This document shows positions 1 to 13,880 of a DNA stretch of 64,000 bases, one piece after another. The stretch comes from Octopus sinensis. Taxonomy: Eukaryota. Below the pieces are notes generated by a model. The model was given only the letters and a program-made list of their open reading frames with translations, searched no databases and was not told the origin of the DNA. The stretch is from contig NC_043009.1 in assembly GCF_006345805.1 (NCBI RefSeq), positions 7,440,001 through 7,504,000 of the forward strand, read 5' to 3'. The position numbers were made by a program, and so were the translations under genes. Position 1 is the first letter of the stretch, and every line of letters begins with the position of its first letter.

Positions 1-322
1 AAGGTCAAAGTTAACCTTGGCGTAATTTGATTTCAAATCGCAAAGACCGGCGAAATGACCGTAAGTATTTTGTCTGGCGCACTAAGGATTCTTATTTCTC
101 TATTGCCCACAAGAGGTTAAACATAGAGGGGACAAACAAGGACTGACAAAGGGGTTAGGTCGATTACATCGACCCCAGTACGTAACTGGTAGTTAATTTC
201 TCGACCCCGAAGGGTTGAAAGGTAAAGTCGACATCGACGGAATTTGAACTCAGAACGTAACGGCAGACGAAATACCGCAAAGCATTTCGCCCGGCGTGCT
301 AACGATTCTGCCAGTTGGTCGC
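1..322 (-). mobile_element. SINE family B, head-to-tail dimer (second unit runs off the window)
   Basis: Reverse complement matches the family-B consensus seen about 15 times here (GCGAGCTGGCAGAA..GTTAGCACGCCGGGCGAAATGC..GAGTTCAAATTCC B-box..GGGGTCGATGTAATCGAC). Junction near 92. Confidence 0.85.
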
Positions 323-892
323 CAAACGGAGGAGGGAAAATAACGTTGAAACATTTCCAAAGTTATCCCCCCTGCCGGTTGACACATTGTTTCGTTCCAA
401 TTTCAGCGTTTCCTACCTTGCCTTCCTTGACAATAAATTAAATATTTTCCTTCTCATTGCAGCTGTAATCTCATTTTATTAAAAATAATTTTATAACTTG
501 CCACATTAATATATTGTTATATTTCGGGATGGTCATATTTTTTTTTGCCAAATAACCACACCCACCATATATTCGATCTTCACTTATTTATTATTGTTCT
601 TATTTTCTCATATATCCATTGTCTGGAAATCTTTCGTCACACATCTGTGACCTGTTCGGTGACTCTTCCATCCACGTGTGCAACTCAGTTATAGTGCGTG
701 TGTTTGTTTATTTGGCAAGCAAATAGTGGCCATCCTGAAAAAAAAAGACAAAGCGAAACAATATCTGTTTCAACAGACGATTTCATGTCAGAAATCTTAC
801 AAAACAAATTTATAAATACATTCATATGTTACCATTCAAATGTTCTTGTCTCAGTTGTTTCGATCGCATTTGTCCATATTCTTTTAATTGTT

Positions 893-1095
893 TCAATAAT
901 TTGATTGTGGCCATGCTGGAGCACCGCATATAATCTAGCAAATCGACTCCAGAACTTATTGTTTGTAAGCCTAGTACTTTTTCTATCGCTCGCTTATGCC
1001 GAACCGCTAAGTTACGTTGACGTAAACACACCAGCATCGGTTGTCAAGCGATGTTAGGGAGACAAACACAGACACACAATCATACATACACAATG

Positions 1096-1165
<70 letters not shown>

Positions 1166-1333
1166 GACGGGCTTCTTTCAGTTTCCGCCTACCAAATCCA
1201 CTCACAAGGCTTTGATCGGCCCTATGCTTTAGTAGAAGACACTTGCCGAAGACACTTGTCACGTAGTGGGACTGAACCCAGAACCATGTGGTTGGTAAGC
1301 AAGCTACATACCACACTGCCACTCCTGCGCCTA
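893..1333 (-). mobile_element. SINE family A (tRNA head, CORE-like CCTTGGGCAAGT segment, internal TA/TG microsatellite)
   Basis: Minus-strand head GGCGCAGGAGTGGC..A box, GGGTTCAGTCCC B box; matches copies at 34915, 46913 and 62813. Confidence 0.9.
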
Positions 1334-1691
1334 TACATTCTTTATCTTTTGGCTACTCTTCACGTTTGTCCAACATTTTCTCATTTTCAAAACCGTCGAA
1401 CATTTTTGCCAAGCACTTACTAGTACACACATGCATCATAGTTTCATACTGGGTACTTATCGAAACGTCGGACAAACTGTTTTTGAAAATTTAATTACAA
1501 TCCGTGACGTTCTGAGTTCAAACTCGACGAATTTTAAAATGACTGTTACACGAGTTGCCTTCTAAAAATCATTGTGCAAACAACACACATGCACGCACAT
1601 GCACGCACACACACACACACATACACACATGTACACGTACATATATACTACCTTATCGTGACTTATAACAATTACATATATGTATCCGTGA

Positions 1692-1739
<48 letters not shown>

Positions 1740-2108
1740 TTGTGTGTGTGTGTTTGTGTGTGTGTGTATGTGTGTACGTGCGTGCGTGTGCGTGTGTGTG
1801 TGTTTGTATACATGTGTTTTTGCGTGTATGTCGTGTGTCTGTTAGTTATTTTAGCCCGGCTCCCACCCGCTTCCATTTAGATCTTCCATTAACTGATACA
1901 GGCAGGAGTCGAATACTCGCATTGTAGATTGTGGTATCTTACTGAGTAATGATTAGCATAAGCGAAACCAGTCGGCTGTGTAAAATTTAATTTGGTAAAT
2001 ATGTATATATTTTCCCAACATAACATTTCTGTGTATTTTCCTATTTATATTTTTTATTACAATATCACGCGTGAATATATTTTTTGGTAAGTTTTCACCA
2101 TATATATA

Positions 2109-2375
2109 GAGGCACAGGAGTGGCTCTGTGGTAAGTAGCTTGCGACCGACCAAAGCCTTGTGAGTGGATTTGGTTGACGGAAACTGAAAGAAGCTCGTCG
2201 TTGTCGATTTTCTTTCTCCGTCTTCCCTTCTTTGGACTTTCTGTATATTTCTGACGAAGAGCTCCGCTCGAAACGTGAAATCCTCCTACTTTCTTTCCTT
2301 TCCTGAGCGTCCAATAACACTGAACTTACTCCACGTCCTCGCGTTGTTGTGTTTTCTCTTTGTTCATGTTTGGAT

Positions 2376-2441
<66 letters not shown>

Positions 2442-2806
2442 CGTGATCACCGTGACCAACCAGGCTATCAGATGTTGCTACACATCGCTGGTCACAATGC
2501 GCTTCGCATTGTTTTATCCTTCAAATGATGCCACCCCGCTGACACACATACACACACACCAACATATATATATATATGTATGTGTGTGTGTGTGTCTGTG
2601 TGTCTGTGTTTGTCTCCTCACCATCGCTTGACAGCGGAAGTTGGCTTGTTTACGTCCCCGTAACTTAGCGATTCGTCGAAAAGCGACCGATAAAATAAGT
2701 ACTAGGCTTACAAAGAATAAGTCCTGGAGTTCATTTGTTTGACTAAAGGTGGTGCTCCAGCGTGGTCGCTGTTAAATGACTGAAACAAGTAATAGAATAA
2801 AAGAAT
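2109..2806 (+). mobile_element. SINE family A with internal deletion and nested insertions in its internal microsatellite
   Basis: 5' part 2109-2200 and 3' part about 2580-2806 with TAAAAGAA tail. They are separated by a Penelope-like terminus (2201-2379), (TA)n and an unclassified repeat (about 2438-2540). Confidence 0.8.
2201..2379 (+). mobile_element. Penelope-like element terminal remnant with minimal hammerhead motif
   Basis: ATTT-CTGACGA-A-GAGC-TCC-GCTC-GAAAC-GTG-AAAT at 2247-2281; ends in (TA)n; same family on the minus strand at 40221-40430. Confidence 0.7.
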
Positions 2807-3609
2807 ACATATACGGCTTGTGCCTACCAAATTCCTTCCCATGGTATTACACTGTCCGAAGCTATGGTAGAAGACACTTACCAAAACATGGGTGTGTGCG
2901 TGTTTGTGTGTGTTTGTGCGTCTGTTTGTGTACATGGATGTCTATTTGTGAGTGTGTAATGGTGAGGACGATGATGATGAAGACTACAATGATGGCAATA
3001 ATGATGATGACAATAATGATGATGATGATGATGATGATGATGGCATTGGTGATGGTGGTGGTGATGTTGGTGGTGTGTAAGAAGTAAGAAAGAGGAAAAT
3101 TGAATACGTTCTCTTCGTGTAGTTATTGTCAATGAATTCAGGTTTCTTTTCTTCATTCTCTGGATTTTTTTGTTATTTTCTCTCAGAGCTTCTGGTGTGA
3201 TCTACCCAAGAAATGAAAGAAAAACAATGAAAAAACAACAACAACAACAACAAACAAAAATACAAACTCCAAATACAAACTACACAAAAAACAAAACAAA
3301 ACAAAACAAAAACTGCATGAAACAAGAAACAAACAAATATCTGTGTTATATTTGATGGACCTTAAAGTTGGATAATCCTGGATTAAGCATTTGTCAAGGT
3401 TCTTCGCCATTTTCATTCTATTTCTCAGTAAACCTTTAAGATATCTGAGACCATTCCAGGAAGAACACTTCCTTCTTTTGACAAGTTATTTGCGACTCAA
3501 CGTCAAGTCGGTGTCAAAGTAACTTCTTTTCCAACCTAACAGCAACACAAGGAGTGGGGGCTACGAACATTTTGGCAGCTGCTTTCCTTATTATATTTTT
3601 GTTTTAAAA

Positions 3610-3616
3610 CTACTCC

Positions 3617-3647
<31 letters not shown>

Positions 3648-3732
3648 ATTATTATTATTATTGTTGTTGTTATTATTATAATAATTATTATTATTATTGT
3701 TGTTATTATTATTATTATTATTAATATTATTA

Positions 3733-3778
<46 letters not shown>

Positions 3779-4189
3779 CATTATTATTACTATTATTATC
3801 ATTATTATTTTTATTATTGTTGTTATTGCTTTTGTTGTTGTTATTGTCGCGTCTACATCATCATCATCAGCAGCATTATCATTGTTATTATTGTTGCTGT
3901 TGTTGTTGTTGTTTTCGTCGTCGTCGTCATCATCACCGTCAGCATTATTATTATTATTATTACTATTATTATTATTTATTATTATTATTATTACTATTAT
4001 TATTATTATCATTATTATTATTTTTATTATTATTTATTTTTATTACTATTATTATTTTTATTATTGTTGTTATTGCTTTTGTTGTTGTTATTGTCGCGTC
4101 TACATCATCATCATCAGCAGCATTATCATTGTTATTATTGTTGCTGTTGTTGTTGTTGTTTTCGTCGTCGTCGTCATCATCACCGTCAG

Positions 4190-4223
<34 letters not shown>

Positions 4224-4288
4224 TTATTATTATTACTATTATTATTATTATCATTATTATTATTTTTATTATTATTTATTTTTATTAC

Positions 4289-4321
<33 letters not shown>

Positions 4322-4352
4322 TATTATTATTATTATCATATTATTATTATAA

Positions 4353-4409
<57 letters not shown>

Positions 4410-4530
4410 TATTATTATTATTATTATCATTATTACTATTATTATTATTATTTATTATTATTACTATTAATATTATTATTATTATTATTATTTATTATTA
4501 TTACTATTATTATTATTATCATCATAATTG
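3610..4530. repeat. Compound (ATT/GTT/CAT)n trinucleotide tract with an internal ~247-bp tandem duplication
   Basis: GTCGCGTCTACATCATC block at 3846 and 4093. Confidence 0.9.
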
Positions 4531-4774
4531 TTATGTTTTTAGGAGGTTTCGGTCTCAGAATCGCCATTACCCTTCTTCATCTTCTTCTCTTTGCCGCTCA
4601 CTCATCCTGTCATTTGACATTACCGCTTACCTCTGCAACAAGATGGAGACTAACAAAAAAAAGCAAAAGGAAAATGGAAGAATTATCCAAAAATGTAGCG
4701 ATGGTGACAGCGAGGGAATTAGAACACCAGCACTACAGCGTCCCAAAGACCGGCAGTAGTAAAAATTACTAACC

Positions 4775-4780
4775 TCCTCC

Positions 4781-4842
<62 letters not shown>

Positions 4843-5580
4843 TTCTTCTTCTTCTTCTTCTTCTTTCTTGTTGTTGTTGTTGTTGTTGTTCTTCTTCTTC
4901 TTCTTCTTCTTCTTCTTCTTCTTCCTCTTCTGCTGATGCTGCTGCTTCTGCTTCTTCCTCTTCTTCTAAATTCCACTCCGACTCTTCTTTGTCGTCGTCA
5001 TCTTCGTCATCAAATTGCTCATCATCATCATCATCACCATTCTAATCATCAGCGTTCCTACCGCCTTCGCCGTCATCACGACCACTACCACCACCACTAA
5101 CAGCAACAACAGCAACCCCCCCCTATTATGATGATGATTGTCATCGACGTTGTTTACCATTCTCAACATGGTCATAGCCATCGCCATCGTCTTTATCATT
5201 ATCACCACCACTCCTACCGTCAGCACCATCATAACCACCACCACTCTCATCACAACCACTATCATCATCACTATCACAACTACTATCAGCATCATCGTTA
5301 TTATCTCCACCACCACTACCATCATCCTCCTCCTCATCATCATCACCAATATCATCTATGCCACCACATCCGCTGTCATATTTTATTACACGATAAACAT
5401 CATAAGCCCCAGCAATACCACTACTGTCAGCACTATTACCACTACCACCACTATCACCACCACTCACCCACCACTCACTCACCATTCATCGACTACTAAT
5501 ATCACCAATACCGCCACCATCGGTATCCTCGTGACGAACATCGTTATCATCTCTATTAATATCCTCAACCTGTCCATCAC
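4775..5580. repeat. (CTT)n followed by degenerate (CAT/CAC)n mosaic
   Basis: Visible trinucleotide runs. Confidence 0.9.
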
Positions 5581-6031
5581 CACCGCCACCAATACCTCTG
5601 GTAAAGTCAAAAGCAGCAGCAGCAGCTGGCTTTTATACAGAGTGATTTATAAAACATGTTAAAGATAATGTTAATTACATATATTTACTTTATTGGAGAA
5701 AATTTGGCTTACAGCTGTTTCGAGTGATTTTTATAGGTACATCAATGCGGTATTTATTCAGTTGGTCTATTGGTCAATTGAGAAACATTGAACTACCTAA
5801 AAAAATTAATGCTACTTACGTCAGAGTCATTTCTGGTTATAATAAAGGTCGTTCAAAGTTTCTCAACTGTAAATATATCAGTAATGCACCTATAATGACA
5901 GCCAGAAACAGATGTAAGCCAAATTTACTCCAATAAAGGAAAAATATATAATGACCATTATTTTAATATTTTTCATATATGTATATATATATATTTTTTT
6001 TTTCTAGTTTCAGCTCAGAGCTGCGGCCATG

Positions 6032-6068
<37 letters not shown>

Positions 6069-6128
6069 TCTTTTACTCTTTTACTTGTTTCAGTCATTTG
6101 ACCGTGGCCATGCTGGAGCACCGCGTTT

Positions 6129-6268
6129 CTGGGGAGAGTCATTTTCTTTTTGTGCCTTATTATTTAACACACTCACCGATAAAATTTCCACTTTTTTCTT
6201 ATTTTTATTGTCCTAAAATTTTTGTTTCGTCTTGCAACCTTTTCAATAGTTTTGACTGTCCGTTATTT
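6129..6268. mobile_element. Half copy of the palindromic MITE family (CTGGGGAGAG terminus)
   Basis: Aligns to one arm of 40607-40859. Confidence 0.7.
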
Positions 6269-6863
6269 ACACACATATATATATATATAACATGGTATAA
6301 TTATAAAGAGGGAAACCTTTAGCCATTTTCCCGCTGATTGAAAAAAACGATGAACAACCTTAGTCGATTTTCAAACCTTATTAGGTTCTCAGCAGATTGT
6401 CAAGTGAAAGTATGAGATGGTCGAAGGTCATGCCTCGAAAAGTATTACATTTGACCTAATATTTTCACTTGTACTGGAGTTTATCGATTTCGAAACAATA
6501 AAAGGAAGGGTTGACGTTTGTGATGTCAGAACTCAGAGTGTAGGGAACCGGAACAAAAATTCCAATGTATTTTGGAACATATTGTAACGAATCTGCCAGT
6601 TCGATGCCTTTTTAAAATGGAATTACTCTTAAAGTGCCAATTGCATTCAGAAATACTCAGTTCATAATTTTGAGGGGAGAAATATTATATGGTGAAAGTT
6701 TCTTGTTTATTTGAGATAAAAAAAACAACACAACAACGGGAAAAGTATTTTAAGTGAACTGAAATTATTTATTGCGACAAACGAAACCTATTTGTTTTCA
6801 GAAGGTGCAAGGTTAACGTTTACGAAGGAAAAATCAAATTAATTGTCTATTGGGTTAACTTAC

Positions 6864-6908
6864 CCGATGAGTGATGATAAATATAAATTGTTTTGGCTGT
6901 AATTTCAG
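6864..6908 (-). other. Candidate 45-nt exon
   Basis: CTTCTCATTTTCCAG acceptor and CGG/GTAAGT donor; two frames open (AEITAKTIYIYHHSS or LKLQPKQFIFIITHR). No homology recognised. Confidence 0.25.
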
Positions 6909-7209
6909 CTGGAAAATGAGAAGCATAGAACTGAATAACAAAAGGTCAAACTATCACATCTTCCATAACTGTTTGTACTAAAAATACACAGAGATGAACT
7001 ACATTATATAAAAGCTTCAGGGAAGCCTTTACGAGTTCGAACATCCTACAAGAAAAATAAGACAAATCTCTTGGAAATCTCGCACATTATTACCTTCTAA
7101 AAACAAAATATACGTACATGTATACATGACAACAGACAGAAATCCGACCTCCCTCTTCAGGATGGAGAGATAGATATCTCTCCACCTTGGAAAAGGGGGC
7201 TGGGTTTCA

Positions 7210-7378
7210 CTAATGTTCACGTGCTTCCAATACTGTTTGCATATCTTTAACTTTTTTGCGAACTGCATCTGGCAAAATTATGACGTAATTCCGAGCAGAC
7301 TCAAACAGCTGTCGGACCTGTGATACCATACATTCTCTCCTTAATTTCTTCTGTTCTTGTTCACTGTGCGAGCCTGGT
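7210..7378 (-). CDS. Candidate coding exon, product unknown
   Basis: 55 open codons of non-repetitive sequence: PGSHSEQEQKKLRRECMVSQVRQLFESARNYVIILPDAVRKKVKDMQTVLEAREH*; weak TTAACAG acceptor; not recognised. Confidence 0.25.
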
Positions 7379-7539
7379 CTGTTAATGTATATTTATGCAT
7401 GGATCTTCATCGTCTAAATATTCTCAGTCATTATTTTCCCTTTATTTACATATATATATGTGCATTTTACATATCTGGCCCAAACGGTTTTATTTGTTTA
7501 TTTGCATCGTTCTTTGTCCCCGCTCTCTGTCGGTCTGTC

Positions 7540-7612
7540 TGTCTCTCTCTCTCTTTATAGATATATATATATATATATATCTCTACCTATCTATTCATCC
7601 ATCTATCTATCC

Positions 7613-7702
<90 letters not shown>

Positions 7703-7753
7703 ATATGTATGTATATATATATATGTATGTATGTATATTATTTATATTATATA

Positions 7754-7815
<62 letters not shown>
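7540..7815. repeat. (TC)n/(TATC)n/(TA)n microsatellite
   Basis: Direct observation. Confidence 0.95.
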
Positions 7816-7816
<1 letters not shown>

Positions 7817-8155
7817 AACATAAATATATAAATGTATTGTATACATACAAGTCCAAGTATGAAGATATTCCTACATAACAGTAGCGTATAGATACGTTTT
7901 CAAATATTGTATGCTTGTACATGCATTCGATCCCTCGTCTTAGCAACAGCGCCGTATATTTTGTAGCACTTGTTTCAACTCTAGCTTATAGATTGACGTA
8001 AATGGCGATGCATAGATATACGTAGATGGCATCATTATACAATACACAAGACAACCACTGCCATCTACACCGTCATTACCATTTACGCCGTCACCGTCAG
8101 CAGCAGCTACAGTAGAACCACCACCACCACCATCACCACCACTACCACCACAATC

Positions 8156-8330
8156 TTGTCATCATTCCCTTTATACTCTCTACATCCTTTTAATGATCGT
8201 CATCACAACTATCCTTATGGTCGTCGTCATCGACGTCATTGTCATTGTAGACGGCATCATCATCATCGTTATCATCATCAGCGTCTTCGTCGACGTCGTT
8301 GTCGTCTTCATCCTCATCATCATCATCAGT

Positions 8331-8368
<38 letters not shown>

Positions 8369-8595
8369 TACCACCGTCGTTACCATCATCATTGTCATCA
8401 TCATCGTCATGACCACTGCATGAGACCATATATACGAACAAGCACAGTACATATTTTTTCAGTAGAAATTCCAATACACACATACACACACACATACACA
8501 CACACACATACACACACATACATACACACACACACATACACACACTGATGATAGATAATTAGATAGATAGTTTGACAGATAGATAGCTAGATAGC

Positions 8596-8639
<44 letters not shown>

Positions 8640-8660
8640 GATAGATAGATAGATAGATAG
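8156..8660. repeat. (CAT)n, (CA)n and (GATA)n microsatellites
   Basis: Direct observation. Confidence 0.95.
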
Positions 8661-8901
8661 ATGAATAGGAAGATAGATACTGCCACATTTTAAATATTAT
8701 GCACCCACTATGCACATGTATTTAATAATAAATATATACGAATACATACTATATGCATACATACAGTGATATGCGTGTACTACGATGTATAATATCTGTT
8801 TGACTGGCTGTCTGTATGTATATACAGGTGCGCAGGTATATTCATATGCATACATTCACACACACACACCACACACACACATACACCACACACACATATA
8901 T

Positions 8902-8975
<74 letters not shown>

Positions 8976-9451
8976 GCATATACATACATACACACGTATA
9001 TTTACACAAGCATGTACATACATATGCATACACATACAAACCCGCATACATACAAACATACACGCAAAAACATACACATATACACACACATACACACACA
9101 CACACACGAACCAATTTGAAAAGATTATGCTCAATTACAATCTTAGTCACCCAGACACATTCGTACACATATATACACACACACAATGACACACACACAC
9201 ACACACAAATATACACACGTTCATCGCCGCATAAAAACACAGCGGCACACACTGGTAGATCAAGATTTAACGCTCAAAGCAAATATGAAATAATGAGAGC
9301 AGAGGAAACACATACTGAAAGAAAAGAGAGCATTTCTATAAAGACAGAAAGAAAATTCCTCCATGAAGATTTATGTTGCAAATAGATACATAAGGCAGAA
9401 TACACCATACCCCTAAGGCAATATATATACATGTATATTATTATACATATC

Positions 9452-9483
<32 letters not shown>

Positions 9484-9485
9484 CT

Positions 9486-9517
<32 letters not shown>

Positions 9518-9857
9518 ATATATTATATATATATATATATATATATAAATATATATATATAGTAATATGTGTACATGTATATATATGTATGTATGTATTT
9601 GTATATGCACGTGTGTATGTGCATACATGCACGTATGCACCCACACCATTCTCTTCTTTCATTTAGTCATTCGTTGATACTTTCTTCCTTTCCTCAATAT
9701 TTTCTTTCATCTTTCGTACTTTTTTTTGTCAATTTCGTTTCGTTTCGTTTCTTTCTTTCTTCTTTCTACGCTTCTTTGTCCTCCTGCGATTCATGTCTCC
9801 GAAGATATATATATATATATATATATACATAGCATGCATATTTGCATATATACATGC

Positions 9858-9927
<70 letters not shown>

Positions 9928-10659
9928 ATATAAATATATATATGTATGAGTCATCTATTCAAATTTCATTGTCTGTTTATATATATTGTCGCGAGCTTAT
10001 TTCTTCGCATATGTAGTTACAAAGACATATATAGGTATATATATAAATAATATATATATATATATACAGAGAGAGGGGAGAGAGAAAGAAAGAGAGAGAT
10101 AGATGAATTAATAGATAAAATGATAGCTATATAGACCTCACGACAGAGAGCTAGATAGACAAACCGGTATACATACTGATAGATCGATCGATAGATAGAT
10201 TGATAGATAGAATCCTTTATGTTAACATACAGAGGGATACATATAAAAAATCTTAAATATGTATGCATCCGTACATACATACAAACCTACCTACTTACAT
10301 ACATATATGCATACATGCATGTATATGCATTCCTACACATATTATATATATGTACGTCTCTGATTCTGCATTTGTCTATACAATGAGTGCATTGTTGTGT
10401 CTTTATATACGTATGTATTAATTGTCTTAGGCAACTCACGACATTATGTATCGACATCTTTATTAACATACTTTACTCAAAGAAACCTAGCTCCATTACG
10501 TTTGCAAGACATTTATTTGTATAATTACTACCATGCTAAATTCCGTAAGTTAATTAAGTTACTGATCGTTTTAATGCTAACTTAGTATTTATAACGATTT
10601 TCCAAAATTAATATTTAATCTTTAAGACGTACAAGTTTTCACAATTATTCCGGCTCCTC

Positions 10660-11224
10660 AAGACCGCGAGCTGGCAGAAACGTTAGCACGCCGGGCGAAA
10701 TGCTTAGCGGTATTTCGTCTGCCGCTACGTTCTGAGTTCAAATTCCGCCGAGGTCGACTTTGCCTTTCATCCTTTCGGGGTCAACTAAATAAGTACCAGT
10801 TACGCACTGGAGTCGATGTAATCGACTTAATCCACCTGTCTGTCCTTGTTTGTCCCCTCTATGTTTAGCCCCTTGTGGGTAGTAAAGAAATAGGTATTTC
10901 GTCTGCCGCTACATTCTGCGTTCAAATTCCGCCGACGTCGACTTTGCCTTTCATTCTTTCGGGGTCGATAAATTAAGTACCACTTACGCACTGGGGTCGA
11001 TGTAATCGACTTAATCCACCTGTCTGTCCTTGTTTGTCCTCTCTGTGTTTAGCCACTTGTGGGTAGCAAAGAAATAGGTATTCCGTCTGTCTTTACGTTC
11101 TGAGTTCAAACTCCCCCGAGGTCGACTTTGGCTTTCATCCTTTCGAGGTCGACAAATTAACAGTTGCCTACTGGGGTCGATCTAATGGACTTCCCCCACT
11201 TCCTCCAAAATTTCGGGCCTTGTA
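10660..11224 (+). mobile_element. SINE family B trimer (one head plus three 184-bp bodies)
   Basis: Bodies start with GGTATT at 10709, 10893 and 11077; the last body has the alternative tail CCAAAATTTCGGGCCTTGT. Confidence 0.9.
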
Positions 11225-11321
11225 CACATACGGGGCTGTAATACACACTGTGATTTTCCCTTAAGTTTTTCCTCTCTGGTAACCGCTGATGAAGAAATCA
11301 CAACAGGCGAATTTACACACA

Positions 11322-11349
<28 letters not shown>

Positions 11350-11358
<9 letters not shown>

Positions 11359-12733
11359 TCACATGCACATACATACATACGCACACACACACACACACGC
11401 ATACGAAGGTATCGCGAAGGCCTAGTTGAGCGCCCGGCCGTCCAAGTTCTTTTAAGGGCTCAGAAAGACTGAAGTACCGCTGCAATGCGTGCGTGAATCT
11501 GGGCGGTGTATATTTTGAATAAATGAATAAAAGGACAAGAAAAAAAACTCACAGTAATAAAGTCACAATTTTGGCTAGGAAAAAATTCAGTTAATTTATG
11601 GTGGCCGGTTATAAAGTCACAATTAATTAATGGGATCCGGATAAAACCCCTTCGGAGATAACCCCCATCGGACAAAACCTCTGTGACTTTTCTTCCTGTG
11701 AACTTTTTTACACACCACACCAGTTGTCATGTAGTGGTAGGAAACAAACGCAAACACACACACACATTACACACACACACACACACACACCACACACACA
11801 CACACCACACACACACACACACACACAACACACACACACACATTCACATGCACATACATACATACGCACACACACACACACACGCATACGAAGGTATCGC
11901 GAAGGCCTAGTTGAGCGCCCGGCCGTCCAAGTTCTTTAAGGGCTCAGAAAGACTGAAGTACCGCTGCAATGCGTGCGTGAATCTGGGCGGTGTATATTTT
12001 GAATAAATTGAATAAAAGGACAAGAAAAAAACTCACAGTAATAAAGTCACAATTTTGGCTAGGAAAAAATTCAGTTAATTTATGGTGGCCGGTTATAAAG
12101 TCACAATTAATTAATGGGATCCGGATAAAACCCCTTCGGAGATAACCCCCATCGGACAAAACCTCTGTGACTTTTCTCCTGTGAACTTTTTTACACACCA
12201 CACCAGTTGTCATGTAGTGGTAGGAAACAAACGCAAACACACACACACATTACACACACACACACACACACACCACACACACACACACCACACACACACA
12301 CACACACACAACACACACACACACATTCACATGCACATACATACATACGCACACACACACACACACGCATACGAAGGTATCGCGAAGGCCTAGTTGAGCG
12401 CCCGGCCGTCCAAGTTCTTTTAAGGGCTCAGAAAGACTGAAGTACCGCTGCAATGCGTGCGTGAATCTGGGCGGTGTATATTTTGAATAAATTGAATAAA
12501 AGGACAAGAAAAAAACTCACAGTAATAAAGTCACAATTTTGGCTAGGAAAAAATTCAGTTAATTTATGGTGGCCGGTTATAAAGTCACAATTAATTAATG
12601 GGATCCGGATAAAACCCCTTCGGAGATAACCCCCATCGGACAAAACCTCTGTGACTTTTCTTCCTGTGAACTTTTTTACACACCACACCAGTTGTCATGT
12701 AGTGGTAGGAAACAAACGCAAACACACACACAC

Positions 12734-12745
<12 letters not shown>
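11350..12745. repeat. Tandem repeat, three ~483-485-bp units containing a mariner 3'-end remnant and a CA tract
   Basis: TACGAAGGTATCGCG at 11402, 11887 and 12370; each unit encodes KGSERLKYRCNACVNLGGVYFE*, resembling a mariner transposase C-terminus. Confidence 0.9.
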
Positions 12746-12806
<61 letters not shown>

Positions 12807-13306
12807 GCACGCACACACACAGACACACACACACTCACAAACACACACACACGCGTATCTTTGTATGTATATATCTATATATATATAGAACGGCCTTTTC
12901 CGTTGAATAAAATTATATCTTTTACTCGACCCATTAACTTTTCAGCACCACATTGTATATATACACACACGTATACACATGCGTATGTGAGTGTGTGTGT
13001 GTGTGTGTGTGAGTGTGTGTGAGTGTATCGAGCTGTGACTCGAATGAGTTAGCATAACAGTGAGCCTCTCCAACGAACTCCGTATCAACTCAACTTATGT
13101 AAGGACAGTTAGAGTTTTCATTACCGTCTGTTTCGTGTTTCAACCGATGCTCTCTCCCTTCCTATAAGCCTTTGTCTCTCCATATATATACACACACACA
13201 CATATGTATGCACACATACACATCCCCATATGTGTGTGTGTGTATATAGGATACATACACGCACACATACGTGTGTGTATGTATGCATTTATACATAGAT
13301 ACATGC

Positions 13307-13367
<61 letters not shown>

Positions 13368-13430
13368 TCGAAGAGTAATCAGAAATATGAGAAATTTCTA
13401 TTACCAGTGGCCTAGTGTGTAAAAATTTAG

Positions 13431-13715
13431 TCTACGGAATCCACTCACAAGGCTTTGGTTGGCCCGAGGCTATAGTAGAAGACACTTGCCTAAGGTGCCA
13501 CTCAGTGGGACTGAACCCAGAACCATGTGGTTGGTAAGCGGGCTACTTACTACTAGACTGCAACCATGCTGGGAGCAACCTTGAAGTATATCTTTTTAAG
13601 TCTAGTACTTATTCTGTCGATTACTTTTGTCAGACTGCTAGGTTACGGGGACTTAAACACACCAACACGAGTTGTCAAGTAGTGGTGGGGGACCAAACAC
13701 ATACGCAAAGACACA
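13431..13715 (-). mobile_element. Two SINE family A fragments (5' part and 3' part)
   Basis: 13431-13552 matches head/core; 13556-13715 matches the 3' half. Confidence 0.75.
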
Positions 13716-13731
13716 CACGCACCCCCACACG

Positions 13732-13764
<33 letters not shown>

Positions 13765-13789
13765 GTATATATATATATATACATAAGTT

Positions 13790-13879
<90 letters not shown>

Positions 13880-13880
13880 G

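Noticed and set aside
3536-4759. Long ORFs of poly-L/I/Y/N
   Set aside because: Translation of trinucleotide microsatellites; same for 19630-20858, 36789-37805 and similar.
5820-5866. Minus-strand 47-nt exon with good splice sites
   Set aside because: Stops in all three frames; no other support.
8890-9560. Single-base interruptions in (TA)n tracts
   Set aside because: Pattern fits long-read indel error or slippage; not informative.
11284-11312. CTGATGA...GAAT near the first tandem array
   Set aside because: Core incomplete, no stems, and outside the repeated unit.
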